From Hormiphora californensis (taxonomy: Eukaryota > Animalia > Ctenophora): a DNA stretch of 64,000 nt. The first letter of the stretch is position 1; each line of letters opens with the position of its first letter. The stretch covers positions 7,688,001 to 7,752,000 of the forward strand of contig CM035354.1 of assembly GCA_020137815.1 (NCBI GenBank). The letters are read 5' to 3'. A model generated the notes under the pieces. The model was given only the letters and a program-made list of their open reading frames with translations, had not been told where the DNA came from and searched no databases. This document shows positions 55,427-64,000 of this stretch, piece by piece. A program made the translations under genes and the position numbers.

Positions 55427-57004
55427 ATATAATTATTCTATCTGATTTTTATAATTTCTGGGTATTATACCCGACTCGTTGACCCGACTAGAATTAGCCC
55501 AGAGAGAGTATTTGGCAAGGTTATTGTATTGTGTGTGTGTGTGTAGAAAGTGTGTTAAAATTATTTGTTGTGTAGATAGTATTCTGCCACAATTGTTAAA
55601 TAATTATTGTTACCGTCTCGTTCATACTATCAAATCAGGAGATGTCTACTCTAGCGGCACCAGCCCGACCTGAGCTGAGAAAACCAGAGGCAGTGGCGCT
55701 AGACAGCTCAAGAATATTAAACTTATTGATTCTGTTCACTTTGAAATATCACGTGTCAAATGTTAAAATGTTAAAATCGGTGCTGTGGAAATGCGTTTTT
55801 TAATTTTGTTGTGTTTCAGTCAGTCGACTGAAAAGATTTATAAATGCCTTTTCCTTTTTACAAAATGAAACCAATCGTGTTTAATTTTGATCACAAAAAG
55901 CGATAAAACTTGAAATATCCGTTCTATGGACAGTGTTGTGACATTGTACACGCACATAGTTCTACGTTTTATCGCTTTGACAAGTGGCAGTCCCAGTCCC
56001 ACAAACTCTCAATGACTCCATCCTGTCCTCCTGGCTGCAGACCCCATCTGAGCGCACTGAGAATCAGATCGGGGTCCAGTGCCGCCAAACAGGTCCCTAT
56101 TGTTTCCTGTCGCCCGTGAGAATGCACTCACTGCTCAGATATACCTGGGCTGACCTGATCTGAACGCCCTGTAGGCTGGTAACAGTGCAGCTCGTTCTTT
56201 AAGGATCAAAACTGTTTTGATCCTCAAAGAGCGAGGTGCATTGTAAAACAGGGTTGGCAGGCGCCGCCAGGCAAATTCTAGCAGTAGCCGTCCTGTTTGG
56301 CGAATGGCGGCGCCAGGCTTCGTTTTGATTTTCAGATCGGATCGGCTTATCCTTTCTGGCGGGGCCGGCCACATTTCGATTCTCACAGTCAGATCGGGTC
56401 CGGTCGCCGCCAGATTTGTTGGGTTGTCATTGTATTCCACCCATTGGTTCACCCAACACTACACAGTACACACTGTGTGTTCCACGCCCACTTCTACCTT
56501 GTCTCAACAACTTCTACCCGGGTACCCAAAACCAATCTCGGGATTGGGAACAACTATGTATAAGTCTTGCAACTATAAGTCTTGCAATTATACGCCTGTC
56601 AAAAAGGCAATTATTTTAAATGCAATTGCAGATCAATATCATTTGGACACTTTATTAGACGTTTATAAAGGTCGCCAGCCTGTGAATTGGACTGGCAGAA
56701 AGATAATTGAAACCATAATTGCACAAGAATATCTATTTCAAAACTCCAGCTTTTAAATACCAAAATAAAATAATATCAATCTCTTTTCAAAAGAAGCACG
56801 TACGTAGAGATCTTTTCCAAAACAAAAAGAAAAATACACAAATTGTCTGTTAGACAGGAGGCAGAGTCACCAGTTGTTGAGTGGTGACTGGTGACTCACC
56901 TCAAGTTGCAGTGTAGGCAAATGAAAGGTGGGACCTGCCCTCAATAACTCTCTATACATCTCTGAAGTGCATCTCCCTGCCCCAACAGAACAAACATAGT
57001 CTTT

Positions 57005-58538
57005 CTAAATCCCGAACAGACTAAACCTAAACCTCATTGCTTTGAAATGAGGCAACATAGCAGCAAGACACACAGTCCAGATAAACACCACACTATCACA
57101 GCGAGATATGGCCGCTCTAAACCCTTTAGCTAGTAGCTCCAGCTGGCCTGGAGTGTTGGGTGAGGGAGGGGGTGAGGTGAGGAAACCATGGTACTCCAAG
57201 AATTCCTTCAGAGTTGGTTGGTAGAGGGCAATGGGAGGGAAGTATTCCTCTGGACTATCCCGTGTCCACCAGTCTGCTTCACCCAGCTTGGTGTAGTGGT
57301 ACCTGGGGAGAAGTGAGGGGGTTGTGAGGGTTGATATTTAGAGGTTATCATCATGGAAATATCACTGAAAGTTAAAACAGATCTACTTTTTCTTCCCACC
57401 CTAGCTTTGGGACTCACGTGTATTTGACGGCTCGGATGAATTTGGGAGGTCGATCAGGGAATGGGTTGTGTTTTATAAGTGAGAGTGTATCGGTACTGTT
57501 ACTAAGCATCTGGTAAGCCATGTGAATAATCCAGGGGTTGTAATCGTAGGAGCCCAGGGCAGCGAACCACATCTGCCAGTCAAGTCGGGGCTGGTGGGGA
57601 ATAACAACCTGGGAAGGAGGGGGTATGTTAGGATGGGGCTGGTGGGGAATAACGACCTGGGAAGGAGGGGGGTATGTTAGGATGGGGCTGGTGGGGAATA
57701 ACGACCTGGGAAGGAGGGGGGTATGTTAGGATGGGGCTGGTGGGGAATAACGACCTGGGAAGGAGGGGGGTATGTTAGGATGGGGCTGGTGGGGAATAAC
57801 AACCTGGGAAGGAGGGGGTATGATAGGATGGGGCTGGTGGGGAATAACAACCTGGGAAGGAGGGGGTATGTTAGTTATATGTACTGTGTATCACAGCTGT
57901 GGTCCAAAGTGCCCAGTTGGACATGAGGTAAGTAGATAACTCAAGGTCCCCCTAGAACTTACAGGTGGAGCTCGTTTGAGGTTGCCAGGTTTGTAGAAGA
58001 ACTCGTACTCTTTCCAGCCCCCTTTAGAAACATCCGATCCCTCAATTACAACCTGAGAAGAAGGAGGATATCTGTTATGGGATACCAATGAAACATAATC
58101 ATCTTGTGGGTTGAAAAGGATCAGATGGCTGATGATTTCTCTCATTCTATTGCAGAAGGTATGGAAATTCCATGCACTATTGTGTTGTTATACATCATGT
58201 ACATCATGTAGTACATCATGTAGTTAGCTAGTTACCTCTGGTCTCCCTCCAACACCCGTCATACTTCTAAACAGTCCGTAGCTATTCGTGAGATGGTAAG
58301 GTTGGGACCTGGGAATGTACTTGTTGTGAGAACTCTAAGAAGACGTGAAAAGTGAAATACTGAGAAAAGAAAGAATGATGAAGAAGAGAAGGAGAGAAAC
58401 ACACAGACAGAGATGGAAGATTTCAGATTGCAATTGCTCATTCTCTAGTGTTTTGCTTGCGTATGTGTTCTCCGTCCGATTGTGCGTGCGAATATCTTTC
58501 TATTCTTCATCATCCCTCTCTCTCTCTCTCTCTCTCTC

Positions 58539-58578
<40 letters not shown>

Positions 58579-61500
58579 TCTCTCTCTCTCTTCCAGGCAC
58601 CATGTCCAACTGGTCAGCTAGACCGTACAACAGCACCCCTAACCGCCGTTCTACACCTCATCACCTTAGTAAACTACCAAGGAACGGGAGTCGTGGCGGA
58701 GAGGAAAATATCGCACATTTTGATGTATGAATTTTTTGTACTTTTAGTTAGCACCTGTCTGGCGGCCCCAGACCCCGTTTTGATCGGGTCGGTGCCGCCT
58801 GACAGGTTAGCACCAAGGAGTTGTATCACGATGGAACCATACTTCACTAGGTTCATTGTTTTGTTTGATCAGTCTCCCCGGTCTATAACAGGTGAAAGAT
58901 GAGAGGATTCTAGAGGTGATACAGCGAACTGCCGAGGAGATCTCACCATCTTATGGATTCTATGGGAAGGACCAACTGAGAAAAGCCATCAAGAAACGGT
59001 TACAGGTACATATATTGGTAAAGTAGCTGGTTTAACCGGTCTTATTATCGGGGGTGTAACATAGAATTCAGCAAGTTAAGTAAATACCCCTTGTAATATC
59101 CCTCCCTCCCTAGAGGTTTGATGTGGGTCTGGCTAAAGAGGAGATGGGTAGTGCTGTGGAGAAAGCAATGGAGAGTCTTCAATCTAAATCCCGCTCTATA
59201 ACGGGACAACTTTATAGAGATCGGATCTTCAACACACTTACTAAAGTCACACTAAAGCAGTATGAAGGGATGACTCAGGCGAACAATGATCTCTCGGTGG
59301 CTATAGACAACCTTGAATCATGTCATGTGAGTTGATATCTACACACTACCATCCCAGTGGGATTCCTACAACTTCAAACTGACACTCGCCCTGGCAGAGC
59401 ATTGACCTGACAGCTCTCACCACTCAACTGAGAGTTGTTCACAACATGTAACTGAGAGTATCATGTACCACTACAAACCACTAACCCACTAACTCACTAC
59501 CCACAGGTTAATGAGCTGGAGATAGAAACAGATCGAGACCCAAAGCGCCGCTACAAGCGCTCCGAGTTCCAGGACGATTTAGGGAAGTTGGACGCTATGA
59601 GCAGTGAATCAGAGAAAGTAGGGTTACAGCTGAGACAGTTGACTGATACAATGGAGCAATGCGTGTTTGATCTTGAACGGAACCTACACCAGCAGAATCT
59701 TTATCTCTCCCTACCGTGATGTTGTGTACACTCAGACAGACAATACAATACAGTTCTACTCAGGTGTCCTGTGTATTAACTTTGAATTATCCGGAGCACG
59801 GACACAGTGTCAAGCGACTCAAGTATGAACTATATACAACAACTCTAAGAAACCAACAGTGTAATTGAGTGAGGTAATTAAGATGTGGATCCCAACCTGT
59901 GATAAAGGGTCTGAACGCTGAGAGGTAGTTTGTTCTGGGTCTCCTTGTCTAGCTCAGTGAGCGGGTTGAGGGAGATAGCGAACAGAGATATAGCAACACA
60001 TGATACAAGGTACACTTGAACCAACTCTCCCAACTTTCTCCACCTGACAGGGATTGGAGGGGTGTTATAACAAGTTTTAGTTGAGAGAGAGAATGAACCC
60101 GAATGAACGCTGAAGTTGCTTTACATTTGAAGTTGAACCTTATTATAAGTTATAAGGTCCTTATAACTTCCTTTATTATTTGAGTTCATCTATTTGAGAG
60201 TGTATAATGTGACCCCTAGTTACCTTGTTGTGTTTGTATTGGTAACGACAGTAACCATGGCAACCACCACTGTTCCACATAGTGACGTCACGCCCAGCAC
60301 AATAGAACACGGCACGGCATGACTGAGGAACCATTGTAACTCAGAGTACCCAAATGTAATGCTGGCACATCTCCCATCCTGACCCAGATTGAAGAGGGTC
60401 CTCAGGAGGTACCCACTTCCAACTAGTGTCAACAGAACTGACAATGTGGGGAGGACACCTGTAATAGTTGAAGGGAGAGTTAGAGAGGGGTGGAAAAAAT
60501 AATAAGTTAGAGGTAGGGTGAACCCCAAAATCATCTAAATTTACCAGCATACCCCATTTCTTACCCTCTTAGGGTTGCATCCAAGTATTCTTCACAAACT
60601 TCACGGGAGCCATGAACAACCGATTTGAGGATTCTCCATGGCAACTTGATCAGTACAGCCAGGGCACCTAGGCCCCCGTTAGAGATGGGAGATAGGTACT
60701 TTATAAGGGTTGATGCAGGCAGGTAGATAGGCGATCATCGAGAGGATGTTATACACAGGGCACATGTTAGAATGTTAAAGAAGTTGTAGTTACCAGTTAA
60801 CATGATGGCCATCATTAGAAACACCTGATATGGGAGGGTAGTGTTCAGAATTGTTAAGATGTTACACGAATTCCTATTATAATAGTGATGGAGCACAAAA
60901 TCAGGGGAAATGAGTTTCAAATATTGAATGAGAACAGTACCTGAGCGTAAACACCGAGGGCCCTAATAGCAGGGACTGGAACAAAGAATAGGAAAGGAAA
61001 GATGATCTCTATAAGGTAGGCTCCCACAGTTTCCAGTTGATGTAATACAGTCAGGGGTCTGATGTGCATACCACGCTAGCGGGGTCGGTACACACTGAGA
61101 GAAGGTTGGGAGTTAGTAAATTACACTGATAGATGGAGATTTGGGGTAAAATTTATTTCTGGTAATAATGTTACGGTCTGATTCCCACAGATATAACATG
61201 TCTCCATGGCCCACGTGTATCAATCTGTCTGTTCAATTCTGTCTGATTGACTCTCCTACCTGACTCTCGTAATGCCAGTTCATGGCGGTAAGGCCCCACC
61301 AAGCAGGACAGTTACTGGTCAACTTGACTACACCAGATGCAAACATGAGCCTGAATGATAGCCATCGGACCACCCACAGAGATATGAAATCTTGGGGGCT
61401 TCTGTAGGAGGGGAGACAAGGGTCAATAGGGAATATGTAGGAGGGGAGACAAGGATTAATAGGGAATATGTAGGAGGGGAGACAAGGGTCAATAGGGAAT

Positions 61501-63098
61501 ATGGGGAGACAAGGATTAATACAGGGCATATATGTAGGTGGGGAGACAAGGGTCAATATGTAGGTGGGGAGACAAGGGTCAATATGTAGGTGGGGAGACA
61601 AGGGTCAATAGGGAAGGTGGGGAGACAAGGGTTAATAGGGAATATGTAGGTGGGGAGACAGGGGTCAATAGGGAAGGTGGGGAGACAAGGGTTAATAGGG
61701 AATATGTAGGTGGGGAGACAAGGGTTAGTAGGGAAGGTGGGGAGACAAGGATTAATATGTAGGTGGGGAGACAAGGATTAATACAGGGCATATATGTAGG
61801 TGGGGAGACAAGGGTCAATAAGGAATATGTAGGTGGGGAGACAAGGGTTAATAGGGAATATGTAGGAGGGGAGACAAGGGTTAATAGGGAATATGTAGGA
61901 GGGGAGACAAGGGTTAATATGGAATATGTAGGAGGGGAGACAAGGGTCAATAGGGAAGGAGGGGAGACATGGGCGAATAGAGAATATGTAGGAGGGGAGA
62001 CCCGAGACAAGGGTCAATAGGGAATCAGCATGCGAGATGGGTGTTTGAAATAGGGCTCTGTTTTCTATACTAACCCAGATTTGTTGGGGAAGAGTGGTGC
62101 AACTAGGACACTAAGAAAGGTCGCCTCCAGAAGCAGGATATCCCATTGGAACCACATGAACGTTCTACCAACCTGGGAGAGGGAGGGTTAGAGTTTGTGG
62201 CTCACAAACTTGTTTGAGAGTTAGGGGTTAGGTACATGTTTGTGTGTGAAAGGAAGGGGACGCAAACTTGTGTGAGAGAGGTAGAGGTCTGCTAATCTGA
62301 GCATTGTGAAATCTATTGGTCAAGATCTATCAAAAGAGAGTGCTACCTGGTAGACACTGAAATACAGTCCACCAAGAAGAGCGTATGCAGGGCTAACTCG
62401 CATAGCGGGGAAGGCAGTCAATAACCCAGCTACCACAATCCCTAGTACACATACCATCTCTGAAGTGGGTATAGTGGGTGTTATATTGATAGATTGAAGT
62501 TTCTTTAGAGACAGGTGCCACAAGGGTCCCTCTAATCGGTAACAATAACAAGGTTCTTCCTTCTCTCGCATCCATGTAGAAGGTCAAACAACTTTACGTC
62601 ATGACTCATACAATGGGTGTACCAGGTACACACTACACAGTGTGCCATACTGTACTCACCTGCAGTTGCCTGTAAGGGTGTATCCAGAACCTGTGCTATC
62701 GTCTTCACACTAAAGCCCCGGGGGGAGGCCTGGTGAGCGGGCATTACTCCACCAATACCATACAACCCTGCAAATAGTAGAGGGAGTCAGTTTAGTATTG
62801 TACAACCACCGGACCATTTTCACTTTTCAGTGTAATCTAGTTTGTACAATGATCCTCGCAAGTCTTGTGACATGAAGTTCAATAATCAATCGACAAAATA
62901 AGAGGAAGACACGTTACCTGGCCACTGAGTGTAGAGTGAGGCGAATGCAGCGAGGTGGCATAGAGCCATCAGACAGAGGAACCAGTTCTTAACCCTACTG
63001 CTGCTGGGACATGATGGTGGGGGTTCTACCCTTCGTGTCAGGTCACCCTTTTTAGTCTTCTGAGTCTCTTGAGTCTCATCCATAACTTTGACACCCAT
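57005..63098 (-). CDS. LMF2: Lipase maturation factor (LMF2-like), multi-exon
   Basis: [23 protein letters not shown]; [16 protein letters not shown]; [47 protein letters not shown]; [12 protein letters not shown]; [17 protein letters not shown]; [11 protein letters not shown]; [15 protein letters not shown]. Apparent indels at ~61047 and ~60740. Confidence 0.92.
57587..57874 (-). repeat. 48/49-bp minisatellite x6 spanning an LMF 3' splice site
   Basis: Units start at 57587, 57635, 57684, 57733, 57782, 57830. Confidence 0.92.
58602..59719 (+). CDS. Nested gene inside an LMF intron: unknown coiled-coil protein, 4 exons
   Basis: Exons 58602-58725, 58892-59005, 59114-59326, 59507-59719 (limits +/- a few nt), GT-AG, open frame ending ...[16 protein letters not shown]; Kozak 'gcaccATG'. 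Confidence 0.7.
61405..62025. repeat. ~33-bp minisatellite in an LMF intron
   Basis: 'gtagg(a/t)ggggagacaagggt(c/t)aatagggaatat' about 20 variants. Confidence 0.93.
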
Positions 63099-63435
63099 CC
63101 GCTAGAGAATGGGTGAGGGGTGTTAATTAGAAATGTTTGTGCTAAGATTCAGACTTGATAGTATAGCTGTTAAAATTAATCTCAAATGTACTACTGGAAT
63201 CATAACAAAAAATATTTATTAGTCACACACATACTCACACACATACTCACACTCACACTCACAACCCTTAGAAAACTGAACTATCTTTGAAAGTCTCTGT
63301 GAAGGGACACTGTCAAAGAGAGCCAATATAAAACAGGTACACACAAACACTAGTGAGATGGAAATGATAAACCCTCAAAACCCTTGTTGTGCAAGGGATT
63401 GTCCCACCCTCAACAATACTACAAAACCTATGTTA

Positions 63436-64000
63436 CTAGTAAAGGTTGGTTGGATGCCGAATTGTCACTAAAAACTCGCTAAATGTCGTTATAACGTCAT
63501 GGAGATCAAATGTCTGTAGATTTGTTCTCCACAGTATCTCCTCAGATGTCCTGCCTGTATTGGCATGGGGGAGGACCTTAGCAAAGTTAGTCAGTACAGT
63601 GGCAGGGACGTCCTTCATCTTCAAGGCACGGTTCTGGGAGGGAGACAGATAGTGTTCAAAGTGCTTGTTCTTGATTTCATCCGATATTGGGACCCCTCTA
63701 GTTAGGCTCGGGTAACTGATCTTCCTGTCCTGTTGAGATTGACACATCTCCTGGACAGCACCAGGAGCAGCCGCACACGTGTCATGGGCAGGCTTTATAT
63801 AGACATGGGCAAACAGTTGGACTAGCAACCGTCGTCTTAGCAACCATATAACAATGAGTCGGTAACTGTCAATAGTTTCACGGTCACTAAAACAATCTAA
63901 TATGTCACTGAGGATAGTCCGCTGGGAGAACTTAGCCAGCTCGATGTAGAAATCAAACTTTTTGAATTCCTCCTGAAAGGACCGTGCCATTTCCGGGTAT
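63436..64000 (-). CDS. NPRL3: GATOR1 subunit NPRL3, C-terminal part (5' portion outside the window)
   Basis: ELAKFSQ..LSD...IVIWLLRRRLLVQLFAHVYI and FAKVLPHANTGRTSEEILWRTNL...VITTFSEFLVTIRH resemble the NPRL3 C-terminus (LAKFS, WMLQRRLLIQLHTYV, EEIMY..N). Confidence 0.8.
   Translation of the reverse strand, partial: YPEMARSFQEEFKKFDFYIELAKFSQRTILSDILDCFSDRETIDSYRLIVIWLLRRRLLVQLFAHVYIKPAHDTCAAAPGAVQEMCQSQQDRKISYPSLTRGVPISDEIKNKHFEHYLSPSQNRALKMKDVPATVLTNFAKVLPHANTGRTSEEILWRTNLQTFDLHDVITTFSEFLVTIRHPTNLY

Noticed and set aside
60735-60740. In-frame TGA in an LMF exon as possible selenocysteine or readthrough
   Set aside because: The conserved LDD lies in another frame at this spot, so compensating indels or errors are simpler; no SECIS identified
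61233-62020. Repetitive ORFs ([11 protein letters not shown] / LVSPPTY)
   Set aside because: Translations of an intronic minisatellite

Overview
Gene-dense, intron-containing eukaryotic (animal) genomic DNA with short GT-AG introns, many (CT)n/(GA)n microsatellites and abundant non-autonomous TIR/foldback elements. The overall style and the FTP/galactose-binding-like nested gene suggest a ctenophore-like or other early-branching invertebrate; this is an inference. Genes assembled by hand from splice sites: a GPI-anchored Ly6/three-finger-like protein (-), HAUS6, SND1/Tudor-SN, an SLC15 peptide transporter, a C2H2 zinc finger, a transmembrane FG-nucleoporin (POM121-like) and PPID/Cyp40 (all +). 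Next come a 3-exon barnase/RNase Sa-like ribonuclease (-), an unknown multi-pass membrane protein (+) and NRAMP/SLC11 (+), whose ~9.5 kb intron holds a nested antisense gene and two large foldback elements. The window ends with LMF (-), which has a nested coiled-coil gene, and the 3' end of NPRL3 (-). Highlights: (1) a spliced, apparently intact microbial-type RNase (barnase/RNase Sa/T1 family) in an animal genome, invisible in the ORF track; (2) a 1.3 kb palindromic TA-TSD transposon inside a coding exon whose ends could act as splice sites and restore the frame (introner-like); (3) an operon-like run of co-oriented genes 155-180 bp apart, each with a splice acceptor just before the ATG (candidate SL trans-splicing); (4) a POM121-like nucleoporin outside vertebrates; (5) tandemly amplified 3' splice sites in LMF. 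Several single-base frameshifts in conserved genes suggest indel errors in the assembly.
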